A stretch of DNA of 63,337 bases, counting the filler, from Octopus bimaculoides (Eukaryota), in NCBI RefSeq assembly GCF_001194135.2. It is 8 parts of 8 records of this genome, joined end to end, with 100 filler letters (N's around TTAATTAATTAA, not from the genome) between each part and the next. Parts side by side here need not be neighbours in the genome. Positions count along the whole stretch, not along the records: positions 31,843 to 51,419 come from NC_069006.1; positions 51,520 to 53,348 come from NW_026418457.1; positions 53,449 to 56,177 come from NC_069004.1; positions 56,278 to 59,276 come from NC_068982.1; positions 59,377 to 61,505 come from NW_026308104.1; positions 61,606 to 63,337 come from NW_026313302.1; 2 more parts are not named here. One strand, given 5' to 3'. Under the pieces are notes generated by a model. It ran no database searches. It had not been told where the DNA came from and saw only the letters and a list, made by a program, of their open reading frames with translations. This document shows positions 49,843 to 63,337 of this stretch, piece after piece. Every line of letters starts with the position of its first letter. Position 1 is the first letter of the stretch. Made by a program: the position numbers and the translations under genes.

Positions 49843-50542
49843 CGAAACACAATTTTGATACGTGGTTGGTTATGAAAGAGTTGGAAATATTTCAAATGTT
49901 ATATAGCATGTAGGGAAAAGGTGGGGGGGGGGGAAGCAGGGAGAGAAAGAAATCAGATCACCTGAGGTAGAGGAAACTGTGTGTTTTATGCCCCCCCACA
50001 CACACACAGACACACATACACATGTACATACTCATGCACAAACACACATACACACACACGCACGCATAAAGCTATCAAATTTAACTGGTTATAAATCTAT
50101 AAAGTACAGAACACAGAGGACAAACAGACAGACCAATAAAATAAAAAAGCAAACAAACAAAACAGGATTTCTCTCCTCCCACCACTACCACTGCCAACAC
50201 TAATCCGATTGGTGAATGGTTACAATAGTCAACGACCTCCATCACTTCAGTTAAACCTGCACCAGAAATATTTCACACAGCCAGGAAATGAATGAGGAAC
50301 ACACAAATATCGTCTACAGATGTCGGCATGCGACAACAAGAACAACATGAACAATTCAGTGTGAGTTCTGCAATGGTGCACAGCGATTGCACTTGGAGCT
50401 GTGTACTGCAAGAAGGTTTCTAGGTGCTCTGAGGAGAATTAAAGATTTAAATTAAGGCTTTCAGGAACCCACGCAAATGGATAATCCCCGAGAGTCTCAA
50501 AGATTAATCCATTTCTGCAGGATTTCTTCATATGTGAACATA

Positions 50543-50709
50543 GGCGTAGGCGTAGTCATGTGGGAAAGAGTTTGCTTCCCAACCACACGATTCCAAGTTC
50601 AATTGCACTGTGTGGCACCTTGGGTAAGTGTCTTCTACTATAGCTTCGGCCAATCAAGGCCTTGTGAGTGGATTTGGTAGATGGAAACTGAAAGAAGCCC
50701 ATCATGTGT

Positions 50710-50757
<48 letters not shown>

Positions 50758-50850
50758 GTGTGAATACATGGCCTAGTGGTTAGGGTGTTACACTCAGGAT
50801 TGCAAGATAATAGTTTCAATTCTCAGACCAGTAGGCACATTGTGTTGGAG
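50543..50850 (+). mobile_element. SINE family A 5' part plus a second tRNA-like SINE head
   Basis: ggcgtaggcgtagtcatgtgggaaagagtttgcttcccaaccac..ggaaactgaaagaagccc; catggcctagtggttagggtg. Confidence 0.8.
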
Positions 50851-53047
50851 GGTCTCCTCATCCACAGATGTTCAAGACAAGAACCCTCAATCACCCCTCT
50901 CCCTCCGCCATCAGCCAAAATTCTGTGACAAAGATAGTGCTCCCTGCTGCGCCTTAGATAGAATTGGTTAAACTTTCTCAACCATTGAAAGAACATCAAT
51001 GAATTTCAACTTCTCTTTCTGCCATGTTTCATGCGATTTCTTCATGTTTTACTAGAGTCAAAACGTTGTGAAGCCATAGAAAGATTTAAAAATATTTGAC
51101 ATTAATCTTTTTGGTTCAGGAAAAACAACAAAAAGAAAAAAGAAAAAAGAAAAAGAAAAAATCTAAAAAGCAAAAATGAAAAATCAATCCAAGAAAACCA
51201 AACAAATAAAGAAATCATTTTTAAATCTGAGAATTTCATTTTCCTTTCTTTTTTAATCTTTATTAAATTCTAAATTTGACTTCAGGATTTAATCGAGAGC
51301 AAGATAAAGCTTAACATCACCTTTCTAGATTGTTCATTGATGTGACTGTAGTCACATTAACAATATACATCAATCTAAATATACTTGTATGTATGTACAT
51401 ATATATATATATATATATANNNNNNNNNNNNNNNNNNNNNNNNNNNNNNNNNNNNNNNNNNNNTTAATTAATTAANNNNNNNNNNNNNNNNNNNNNNNNN
51501 NNNNNNNNNNNNNNNNNNNTGTTTGTCTGTTTACTTGTGTGCGTGTGTCTGTGTGTGCAAGCACGCATATCATTCAGTATGTTATTCTATCTTCAATTTC
51601 TGCACGGTTACAAAGAGGAGATCTCTCTTATAGTTATTAAATATGTCTTCGCTGTTTAATTGCCGTATGCATTCCCTCAAGCGTATGTCAATGAACATTA
51701 CATAATGAAATACACAAAAACGTCTCAGGTGTTGCTAGGTGATATTAGGTTGCTCACCTTCATTATGTAGATATATTTCCATATAAAGGTATTCGGTTAT
51801 TTCTATTTCAAAAAAAAAAAAAAAATGATGAATCGACGAAAATTGGTCTTTGTTATATATATACAAAGATATTCAAACACCCGCTGAGTACACACTTAAA
51901 TGGAAACACACACACGTACACATATACACGTATGTGCATATAAGTATATGTACGTACACATATATATATATATAAATACATATATATATATATCCATATA
52001 TACATACATACACATATATATATATATGTATATATGTACATATATGAATATATACATATATATTCTAGTTGTTTGTATCATGTTCTTTTTTGTCTTTGTT
52101 GCCGTAAACATTCGCTAAATTTCTTACAAAAAATTGTAATGCTCTTAGCTAAGACTTTTTGGAGGGGCAATCATTTCGAACTGTCTCAAGTGTAACTCCC
52201 CAAAAATGTAATGAGTCGGGTATACTTGATTGATGAACGAAGTCCACGAATGACTCCGCTTTTTTCCCTGTTCTTCTAATTGTTGATTCTCCTGTTCGCC
52301 TTCGTATCGTTTACCTGTCGGAATGTCTTATTGTCTTATATANNNNNNNNNNNNNNNNNNNNNNNNNNNNNNNNNNNNNNNNNNNNNNNNNNNNNNNNNN
52401 NNNNNNNNNNNNNNNNNNNNNNNNNNNNNNNNNNNNNNNNNNNNNNNNNNNNNNNNNNNNNNNNNNNNNNNNNNNNNNNNNNNNNNNNNNNNNNNNNNNN
52501 NNNNNNNNNNNNNNNNNNNNNNNNNNNNNNNNNNNNNNNNNNNNNNNNNNNNNNNNNNNNNNNNNNNNNNNNNNNNNNNNNNNNNNNNNNNNNNNNNNNN
52601 NNNNNNNNNNNNNNNNNNNNNNNNNNNNNNNNNNNNNNNNNNNNNNNNNNNNNNNNNNNNNNNNNNNNNNNNNNNNNNNNNNNNNNNNNNNNNNNNNNNN
52701 NNNNNNNNNNNNNNNNNNNNNNNNNNNNNNNNNNNNNNNNNNNNNNNNNNNNNNNNNNNNNNNNNNNNNNNNNNNNNNNNNNNNNNNNNNNNNNNNNNNN
52801 NNNNNNNNNNNNNNNNNNNNNNNNNNNNNNNNNNNNNNNNNNNNNNNNNNNNNNNNNNNNNNNNNNNNNNNNNNNNNNNNNNNNNNNNNNNNNNNNNNNN
52901 NNNNNNNNNNNNNNNNNNNNNNNNNNNNNNNNNNNNNNNNNNNNNNNNNNNNNNNNNNNNNNNNNNNNNNNNNNNNNNNNNNNNNNNNNNNNNNNNNNNN
53001 NNNNNNNNNNNNNNNNNNNNNNNNNNNNNNNNNNNNNNNNNNNNNNN

Positions 53048-53078
<31 letters not shown>

Positions 53079-53317
53079 GTGCCTGTGTGAATGTGTTGGT
53101 TGTTGTGTGTGACTGTGCATGCGTATGTGTGTGTGTGCCTCTGTGTGTGTATATGTATGAGTTTGCAAGTAAATTGTGAAAGCCCTTGTTGTCCTTCTTA
53201 CTGCATATGCAATTATCCGCACCGTAGGTGCAGTGATGTCGTCTATATGTGCATATATGCAATTGGATTAAGAAATCAAAATACAAATGCTCACACTTAT
53301 GTGCTTATTAGTATATA

Positions 53318-53348
<31 letters not shown>

Positions 53349-53925
53349 NNNNNNNNNNNNNNNNNNNNNNNNNNNNNNNNNNNNNNNNNNNNTTAATTAA
53401 TTAANNNNNNNNNNNNNNNNNNNNNNNNNNNNNNNNNNNNNNNNNNNNTATATATATATATGTATGTATGCATGTGTGTGTGTGTGTATATGTATGTACA
53501 TAAATATGCATAGAGATATGTACATGCACAGATTTGTCTGCCGTTGGCCGTATAAACACAAGCAAGCAAACAAACACGCACGCACGCACGCATGCATACA
53601 CATACAGCTATGAATATCTTCACGTATGTATTATATGTGTGTATATATGTATGCATGCATGTATGTATGTATTATATGTATGCGCCTATGTATGTATGTA
53701 CGCGTGAATGTATTTATGCATGCATGTATGTATGTATGTGTGCATTTATGTGTGTATATGTGCATGTTTGTATGTATGAATGTATCTATCTATCTATCTA
53801 TCTATCTATCTACATTTCCATACATACATGCATGCAAACTCAGATAGATATTGGTGGAAAGGTTAAGTTCACAATAGTGACACACCAGGTTCAATCCTAA
53901 TGCTTGGCATATTGCGGAATCCTTT

Positions 53926-53995
<70 letters not shown>

Positions 53996-54202
53996 TATAT
54001 ATATATATATATATATATTTCAAACATAAATTGAAAAGAGAACACAAGGGATATCGTAGTGTTGTATACCGGAGCTTACACTTATCAAGTATTACCGCTA
54101 AACTTACAGTACGCGGAGTTCTTTACTAATATTGTTAGCCTGGTGTATTAAGAGAGTTTATAAAGTATTTCCCGGATTGATAATCCCTAACCAATAACTT
54201 TG

Positions 54203-54240
<38 letters not shown>

Positions 54241-54600
54241 GTATGTTGCTTAATATCGGACGAGAAAGGAGTGTCCAGTACAAGTCATAGAGGCTATCGT
54301 TTCATCTGATGATCGCAGTGGCGTGAAACTCGACTCGCAAAGCAATCTCTCGGCTTCAATCTTAATGAAGACACACACACACACACACATACACACACAC
54401 ACACAGAGTAAACATTACATATTAATCATTCCTATCGGATCAAATATTTCTTACTCACGTGGCCAAATACCTTTTGTTAAAGTTGTCAATGACTATTGTT
54501 TTAACAATTGACATCGTTGTCGTCGCTTTCATCTCAATTAGCTTTTCTTTCCCTCCTTCTCATTCATTCATTCATTCTCAATCTTCTCTCTCTCTCTCTC

Positions 54601-54632
<32 letters not shown>

Positions 54633-54970
54633 CCTCTCTCTCTCTCTCTCTCCCTCTCTCTCTCTCATACTTTTATTGTCACTTTTATAAAAGCCAAAAT
54701 ATAATTAACTTCTCTTTTTCTCTCCCCCTCTCCTCTACAAGTTTGCCTGTTTGCTCTGTATCTCTGTATATTTATGTATATACACATACATACACACACA
54801 CACATATATTCTGTCATAAATACATACATACACACACACATACATACATACATACAGGCATACATATTTATATACGCAAATACACATTGTGTACATACTC
54901 ATATGTATACTTTGTACATCCGTACACACACACTTATATTGTCGTGTCCGGAGAGAGTCATACTGCATTA

Positions 54971-55041
<71 letters not shown>

Positions 55042-55050
55042 ACCATCTAT
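53926..55050. repeat. Microsatellite cluster: (CA)n, (TA)n, (CT)n, (ATCT)n
   Basis: Directly visible; source of ORF 54774..55595. Confidence 0.9.
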
Positions 55051-56110
55051 CTATACGTACACACAAACATACATACATACATACATACATATGCATATAT
55101 ACAAAAAATGCTTATGCATTTACATACACACACACACATATATTTACTTATATTGAAAAATATACCTACCTACTTACATACAAATACACACATACATATA
55201 TATATATGCGTGTGTGTGTGTATATATGTATGGCTATGTATGTATATACACACATACATGCTTATAGCAGTACACACGTATTCTCAGACATACATACACC
55301 ACCCCCTCTGAACCCCACAAGCATAAATAGACACAGACACACACGACAACCAGTCATAGCATTCAGATTCACACACACGCACCTCCACTCCCACACCCGG
55401 AACATACTCAAGAATTCAATATTAAATTTCAATCGGTTCACATTTCCAATGTGTTTTTTCTTATTTATTTATATTCTTCTTATTACTGTTGATATTTTAC
55501 TAAATGTTGATTTTAATATTATTGAAATTCTTATTCTTAACAATCTGCAAAAAATTGCCCAAACGCAGCAAAAATATAAACCAAGGTTAAATTAGAAAAG
55601 TAAGATTTCCTTCAGCGGGTTGAAGGCGGAGGAGAGGTTCTTGCCGTTGTGAGGGGTGAGGGCCATTTGGATTGGGTTGAGGGAAAAAAAAAAGGAGATT
55701 GTTCATTGTAATTAATTAAATCATTTTGGTCTCGCCTCGAGCTTTCGAAACTCACAGCTTCGTCGGAAGCCAGCGCATGGCATATCTATGGATGCTCCAC
55801 TTGTTATTAGCGTTTCTATTGATTTGATATCATTGAAGGAACTGGTCGCCTGCTGAGGTTGGGGTGGGGGGTGGGGGAATAAGGAGATGACGGTGGATGT
55901 CAGGTTTCAACAGAAACATCACCATCATCATCATCATCGTCGTCATCATCATCATCATCAGTAGTCGAAGTAGTAGTAGTGGTAGTAGCAGCTGCTGTTG
56001 CATTTTCTATGTGAGCAACAACAACAACAATAACAAGAAATATAACAACAGGTTGGTTGAATCTTATGGAAACCTTGGAAAATGCACACCGTTGCATTCT
56101 TGTACACTCA

Positions 56111-56177
<67 letters not shown>

Positions 56178-56277
56178 NNNNNNNNNNNNNNNNNNNNNNN
56201 NNNNNNNNNNNNNNNNNNNNNTTAATTAATTAANNNNNNNNNNNNNNNNNNNNNNNNNNNNNNNNNNNNNNNNNNNN

Positions 56278-56337
<60 letters not shown>

Positions 56338-56344
56338 TGGTAAA

Positions 56345-56650
56345 TACCACCCCTTCGGTCATGAATGTTCATGGGATTGCACCTAAAAAGTTACCCTCCG
56401 AAGCACATGTCCGAGCAAGGTTGTTTGTAGGAGACCAGCAGTTGCCCATGCATACCAGCGTCCCCACTCAACGCCACTGATGTTATCCAAGGAAAAGGCA
56501 AAGACTTGGTACCAGTGACGTCACCACTCGTTTCTACAATTGGGTGAACTGGAGCAACGTGAAACAAAGTATCTTACTTACATAACACACAGCTCGGTCT
56601 GAGAATCGAACTCATAGCCTCATGATAGTGAGCCCCACGCTCTAACCATA
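56345..56650 (-). mobile_element. SINE family C
   Basis: cccttcggtcatgaatgttcatgggattgcacc..gtgaactggagcaacgtgaaac..gagccccacgctctaacca. Confidence 0.88.
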
Positions 56651-57302
56651 TATAAACATATGCACGTATATGTATATATATAGTAATATAAAGTTGTAAA
56701 GTATATTTGTTTCAAATTTTGACACAAAGTCTAACAATTGTAAACTACATTAAAGATTATATTTTCTTGGTCCAAATACAATTTGATATATAACTTGATT
56801 GGAGCGGTCAGATCTTCTATAATAATACTCCTGTGTTTTTTTCCGTCACAACATATGAATGAGAAGGGAAGGGGTGATAGATGAGGAAGGAAGGAAGGAA
56901 GGAAGGAAGGGGTGATGGCAAACTGGTAGTGGGATAATTGAAATTCTACGGTGAAAAAAATCAAACAGCGTTTCGACTCTGTGTGAGTATATGTGTGTAT
57001 ATAAAAGGGAGGTATGTGAATGTTTGTGTGCGTGTATGTATATGTGTGTGTGTGTGTTTGTGTGTTTATGTGTGTGTGTGTGTGCAATGGAAGTGGGATG
57101 GTGAACATTAAAAATCAAAATCAAACTGTTTCAACACTGTGTGAGTATATGTGTGTATGAGTGTGCGTGTACTAGGGAAAGTATGTGAACGTTTATAAGT
57201 GTGAACTAGCGTTCTTTCAGTAACAAACGAGATACAACCACGAGATAACGTTGAGAAGTGCATAAATTTGAAGTACCATCCATATTCTATCTTTTGTCCT
57301 TA

Positions 57303-57359
57303 TTCATATATAAAATACTACAATTAACCGTCATTTTTGACGGCACTGTGTCAGCTAGT
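57303..57359 (+). mobile_element. Helitron 3' terminus or minimal non-autonomous Helitron
   Basis: Hairpin ccgtca-tttt-tgacgg (57328-57343), 11-nt spacer, then CTAG|T (57355-57359); tcatatataaaa just upstream resembles a Helitron 5' end. Confidence 0.55.
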
Positions 57360-57889
57360 ATGTTTTTAATAGCGAAAGCTAACCATTTACTCTGAGTTTC
57401 ACTGGGCTGTCTACAACTTTGGGGTAGACAAAACGTTTGCAGTTCGTATAAGTATGGGTTGACTTTAGATGTGTCTACAAAGGTAAAGGGATGAATATCA
57501 TTCAATACTAAACATTGTATTTGAAAGTTATTGTTAAGGTGTGTGTATGTATGGGGAGAAGGAGACACACGTGTTTCTCTTCTATTTGTACAGCACTATC
57601 TTGTGTCATATTTGAAATTTTTAGAGGAGGCTAAACTTTGAGGAATGTTGCTTGTTCTTGTTCCAAAGGCGTATTTCTATTATTATTGTGTTCTGATGTA
57701 TATATTTAAGGTGACAGTGTTCCAGTGTTCCATTGAATCATATGTTTGTATTTAAGGTGACAGTGTTCCAGTGAATCGAGAAAGATAAACTGAGAAAGAA
57801 AAAAAGTAAAGAAATAGAAAATGAAAATGTAAGATCTAATTTTTGTAAATGTGTAAATATGTGGATATATGAATTAATACCATTAATGA

Positions 57890-58125
57890 AGGTGCATGGC
57901 TCAGTGATTAGAGAGTTCGATTCCTGGACTGGGCTTTGTGTTGCAACATCACTGGTGCCAAGCTGTATCAGCATTTGCCTTTCTCTTGGATAACATCGGT
58001 GGCGTGGAGAGGGGAGGCTGGTATGCATGGGCGACTGCTGGTCTTCTGCAAACCCGGACTTGTGCCTCGGAGGGTAACTTTCTAGGTGCAATCCCCTGGT
58101 CATTCATGACCGAAAGAGGGTCGTT
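57890..58125 (+). mobile_element. SINE family C, internally deleted
   Basis: ggtgcatggctcagtgattagagagttcgattcctggac..cactggtgccaagctgtatc..ggtcattcatgaccgaaagagggtc. Confidence 0.88.
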
Positions 58126-58609
58126 ACCTTTACTTTATACTAATACATAATGTACAAATTTGAAGAACTCTAACTTCAGTTTATTAATTGCATAAATATA
58201 ATTATCCATCCTCTGTACTGATGATAATTTATAAATATGAAACGTGTGTATAGATGATGATTAAAAAAGAATATAAACACTTTGCCCAGGTACAGTATCA
58301 GATGAATATCTTGAAATGTATTTGAACCGATATACTATGCTTTGTATTAAACATTGAAGAATTTCCTCTTTCGTTAGAGGAAAGACATCTGAGCTACTTT
58401 TCCAGCAGACGGAAAGGAAAGGGGGAAAAAAAAAACATAACCGAGTGAATGGTACCAAGTACAGGTAAATCGCTGGATTTCCAGGAACCCGACCTAATTC
58501 AGCCCCTCTTCATTACTAAAGATATAAGTATTAAGACTGACATATTCATACATACATACATACATACATACATACATAAATACATGTACATCAACATATG
58601 TGTGTGTAA

Positions 58610-58725
58610 CTATTATCGTCGTCATCATCATCATAATCATCATCGTCATCATCATCATAATCATCATCATCATCATCATCATCATAATCATCATCATCAT
58701 CATCATCATAATCATCATCGTCATC
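58610..58725. repeat. (CAT)n microsatellite
   Basis: Directly visible; source of the poly-His/poly-Met ORFs. Confidence 0.97.
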
Positions 58726-59490
58726 ATTAAACAAACACAGACGTTGTTCAAGAGCGTATAGAGTTTCGTTCTAAAGCACTTATCAAACTCCTCCAATATT
58801 CTTAACTAATAAAAGATTACATGTACACAGCTTTGCGTATTAAATTCTCTTTCTCCTGTTTGTAAAACCAAACGTGTGTGTATGTGTGTATCAAATGATA
58901 TATAAGTGCAGTTAATACGAAGAGACACTTGAAAATAAAGCCTAGCTACATAAAGAAATACATATATAATATTCTTTCTCTGAACACAATCCTGTTTCTA
59001 ACAGCCAGACATTCACAAAAGTGTATAAACATGTGATGCTTTCGTCAGAAGACTACAAAGTGAGACGTATGAATGTGATTATTGCCACGCTTTGTATAAA
59101 CATTCTCATAGACTCTCTTCTTTGAACGTCTGACTGCTAGAAACTGTGTCCGGCGATAGTTTATGTATATATTTCAATAAATAGCCTCACTTTATTTCTA
59201 AGTATCTCATCATTTCAGCTACATTTATATATATATGCATATAATGACATATGTGTGTGTGTATATATATATATATNNNNNNNNNNNNNNNNNNNNNNNN
59301 NNNNNNNNNNNNNNNNNNNNTTAATTAATTAANNNNNNNNNNNNNNNNNNNNNNNNNNNNNNNNNNNNNNNNNNNNTATATATATATCTGTGTGTGTATG
59401 TGTGTGTGTATATATACGCATATATACATATATGTATACACACATGCATTTACACGCACGCATATATATATGCATATATATGTGTGTATA

Positions 59491-59540
<50 letters not shown>

Positions 59541-59938
59541 AAGGCATGTACATACAAGCATATGCATTCATATATGTATACATACATACGTACACACACA
59601 TGCACACACGCACAAAAACATCAATGTAAATACACATGCACACACACACACATATATATCCAGAGAAAGAGACACTCTTATTGATACCGCCATCATGTTT
59701 ATGTGCTGACAAATACGTGAGTGCGCATGCACACTTGTGTAAACGTATGTGCGTATATATCTAACTGTGTGTGTGTGTGTGTGTGTGAGTGTGCGGATGT
59801 TTCTGTGCATCTATGATTATGTATGCAAAATATCCGAGAAAGTGGCACACACATGCATTGTTATATCCAAATATACAAATATAGACATTTCCAGTTATCT
59901 AGAGGCACACATATACTGCTAGTCATATACACACATGA

Positions 59939-59972
<34 letters not shown>

Positions 59973-60851
59973 NNNNNNNNNNNNNNNNNNNNNNNNNNNN
60001 NNNNNNNNNNNNNNNNNNNNNNNNNNNNNNNNNNNNNNNNNNNNNNNNNNNNNNNNNNNNNNNNNNNNNNNNNNNNNNNNNNNNNNNNNNNNNNNNNNNN
60101 NNNNNNNNNNNNNNNNNNNNNNNNNNNNNNNNNNNNNNNNNNNNNNNNNNNNNNNNNNNNNNNNNNNNNNNNNNNNNNNNNNNNNNNNNNNNNNNNNNNN
60201 NNNNNNNNNNNNNNNNNNNNNNNNNNNNNNNNNNNNNNNNNNNNNNNNNNNNNNNNNNNNNNNNNNNNNNNNNNNNNNNNNNNNNNNNNNNNNNNNNNNN
60301 NNNNNNNNNNNNNNNNNNNNNNNNNNNNNNNNNNNNNNNNNNNNNNNNNNNNNNNNNNNNNNNNNNNNNNNNNNNNNNNNNNNNNNNNNNNNNNNNNNNN
60401 NNNNNNNNNNNNNNNNNNNNNNNNNNNNNNNNNNNNNNNNNNNNNNNNNNNNNNNNNNNNNNNNNNNNNNNNNNNNNNNNNNNNNNNNNNNNNNNNNNNN
60501 NNNNNNNNNNNNNNNNNNNNNNNNNNNNNNNNNNNNNNNNNNNNNNNNNNNNNNNNNNNNNNNNNNNNNNNNNNNNNNNNNNNNNNNNNNNNNNNNNNNN
60601 NNNNNNNNNNNNNNNNNNNNNNNNNNNNNNNNNNNNNNNNNNNNNNNNNNNNNNNNNNNNNNNNNNNNNNNNNNNNNNNNNNNNNNNNNNNNNNNNNNNN
60701 NNNNNNNNNNNNNNNNNNNNNNNNNNNNNNNNNNNNNNNNNNNNNNNNNNNNNNNNNNNNNNNNNNNNNNNNNNNNNNNNNNNNNNNNNNNNNNNNNNNN
60801 NNNNNNNNNNNNNNNNNNNNNNNNNNNNNNNNNNNNNNNNNNNNNNNNNNN

Positions 60852-60906
<55 letters not shown>

Positions 60907-62500
60907 TAAGTATATATATATACGCATATATACAAACAAATATGAAATATTTATAAAATATATATAATATATATACAAATTCATAAACACATACACATTA
61001 TATATATATATAACTGTGTATGTATATATATATATATATACACACACATATATACACACACGCACACTCATTAGACACACATACACGTTAAACATATAGA
61101 CCAAGAGATAGAAAGAGAGATAGTGGCATAGATACAAGAACATTTATGCACTCATATAAAGATGTATATCTGCATACACTCCTACTTAAATTCACACACA
61201 CACACAAACATAAACACTCACAGACACACACACACACATACACGAACGCATGAACAATCCGCACGCACGCACGCAGACACACGTACGCGCGCACATCACA
61301 TGTGCGCACGCGCACATATACAGCTAACCAAGAAATATATGCATATACACACACATCAAATAATTATGAAATGTCTAAATTAACTTAATAAATCTGTAAT
61401 TGGAAGAAAAAAAAATTTGAATGGGAAAAAAATAAAACAAAAATCAACGGAAGCGAAGAACTCTTTCTCTTTCACACACTCTGATTACACACACACACAC
61501 ACAAANNNNNNNNNNNNNNNNNNNNNNNNNNNNNNNNNNNNNNNNNNNNTTAATTAATTAANNNNNNNNNNNNNNNNNNNNNNNNNNNNNNNNNNNNNNN
61601 NNNNNGATCTACTTAATCAGTTCTGAATTACAACAAATTACAACAGTAGGGTAGGGATGTTTTCACTCAAAGTTCAATGCTCCTGAGTTTTACTCTGAGA
61701 CAGACCTGTGATCTAAACCGAGGCTATTTAAAGTAACGAGATTATAATTTTTCTAGCTTCAAAAGTGCTTTTAAATATTGTAAGATTGAAAATACTGTAG
61801 AGGATTCAGTACAGAGAGTAATATCCTAGATGTGATTGTGAATGCTCTCTGTAAAGTTAGATCAAAATAATACGGAGAAATAGACAGAACCCCTTCTGGA
61901 TAATATCTACTTAAAGAAACATGGTTAATTCCAGTCTCGGTTAGCTTTTACTTTCAACATTTTTGGCCAATGAAATGAATAAGAGCGAAAGATATATTGG
62001 TTTCGAATCATTGAATTGAACCTTATCTAATCAAGTAATTTCAAATACAAAACAAAATAAAGATAATAAGTGTGTGTGTGTGTGTGTGNNNNNNNNNNNN
62101 NNNNNNNNNNNNNNNNNNNNNNNNNNNNNNNNNNNNNAGAGAGAGAGAGAGAGAGAGAGAGAGCGAACAAGAGTGGGAGCAAGAGAGGAGAGAAAAAGAA
62201 CATGTGTGTAAGATATAAAGTTTGAGACAGAAAACCAGAAAGCCATTATACNNNNNNNNNNAAGATATAAAGTTTGAGACAGAAAACCAGAAAGCCATTA
62301 TACATACCCCAGGCCAAAATGGAACTCTTCCTAAAAGACGCCTGATATGTTTTGAATTCAACAACCACACTTAGATAGACATAGAAAGCTTCAACACTCA
62401 TCCACATGACAGATGNNNNNNNNNNNNNNNNNNNNNNNNNNNNNNNNNNNNNNNNNNNNNNNNNNNNNNNNNNNNNNNNNNNNNNNNNNNNNNNNNNNNN

Positions 62501-62535
<35 letters not shown>

Positions 62536-63337
62536 CAACAACAGCGACAAGAGGTTAACGATTTCTAAGAGTGATACATGGTCTTCAATTGATATTGTTT
62601 TGCAGGTGTGCAAGACGTTTTACAAAATACAATTTGACGAGCTCAGAAGTGATCACTTATTACTTGATATTACTGATAAAAAAATATGTCATGAAACTTT
62701 TTGATAACAGAGCATTGGGTAAATAGAAGGCTGCAAANNNNNNNNNNNNNNNNNNNNNNNNNNNNNNNNNNNNNNNNNNNNNNNNNNNNNNNNNNNNNNN
62801 NNNNNNNNNNNNNNNNNNNNNNNNNNNNNNNNNNNNNNNNNNNNNNNNNNNNNNNNNNNNNNNNNNNNNNNNNNNNNNNNNNNNNNNNNNNNNNNNNNNN
62901 NNNNNNNNNNNNNNNNNNNNNNNNNNNNNNNNNNNNNNNNNNNNNNNNNNNNNNNNNNNNNNNNNNNNNNNNNNNNNNNNNNNNNNNNNNNNNNNNACAA
63001 GCTTACTAAAACCTTTGAACTCATTAAATCCCATAGGTTTCTGAAATATCGAAACAACAAATATTATTTCATTTATTGAACCAAACTCTAAAAAATCACT
63101 TAATGCATAAATAATAACTACGACTGTGTGTNNNNNNNNNNAATCACTTAATGCATAAATAATAACTACGACTGTGTGTGTTGGTGGCTGGCTCAGTTAG
63201 AAAATAAAGGATATCTTAAAATCAATAGATATTTTATTTGTATAATCAGGCTATAATCTAGTAGCTCTGCGTCGGCAAGACTTAAAAATATAGAAAAAGT
63301 ATAAGGCGTACAGAAAACTTGCCGTAAGGAGTGGAAT

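Noticed and set aside
59065-59130. YECDYCHALYKHSHRL zinc-finger-like peptide
   Set aside because: Lacks correctly spaced histidines, is bounded by stops and has no splice support.
62210-62303. Exact ~40-bp duplications across 10-N gaps (also 63094-63180)
   Set aside because: Unmerged overlapping contig ends; assembly artefact.

Overview
Eukaryotic, AT-rich draft-assembly sequence saturated with microsatellites and SINEs, with roughly 7-8 kb of N gaps. The repeat families and gap style suggest an octopus genome (inference). The one gene I can identify is RERE (Atrophin-2 family): a 106-nt minus-strand exon at 35865-35970 encodes [35 protein letters not shown], part of the BAH domain. The ORF track misses it. 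A well-formed, frame-compatible 51-nt exon candidate lies 12.3 kb upstream at 48295-48345. I found no other RERE exon, so most of the window is probably very large RERE intron, unless exons sit in gaps. The intronic DNA holds transposon relics (Chapaev3-like, mariner, maT/DD37D, Helitron, R4/Dong, CR1-like, Vingi-like, hAT MITE, a fold-back element), at least five SINE families and several islands of unique, regulatory-looking sequence. No rRNA, tRNA, CRISPR or prokaryotic system is supported. The best leads are alternative exons inside the RERE BAH domain and a possible internal promoter. Homology calls come from remembered motifs, not from searches, and repeat boundaries are approximate.
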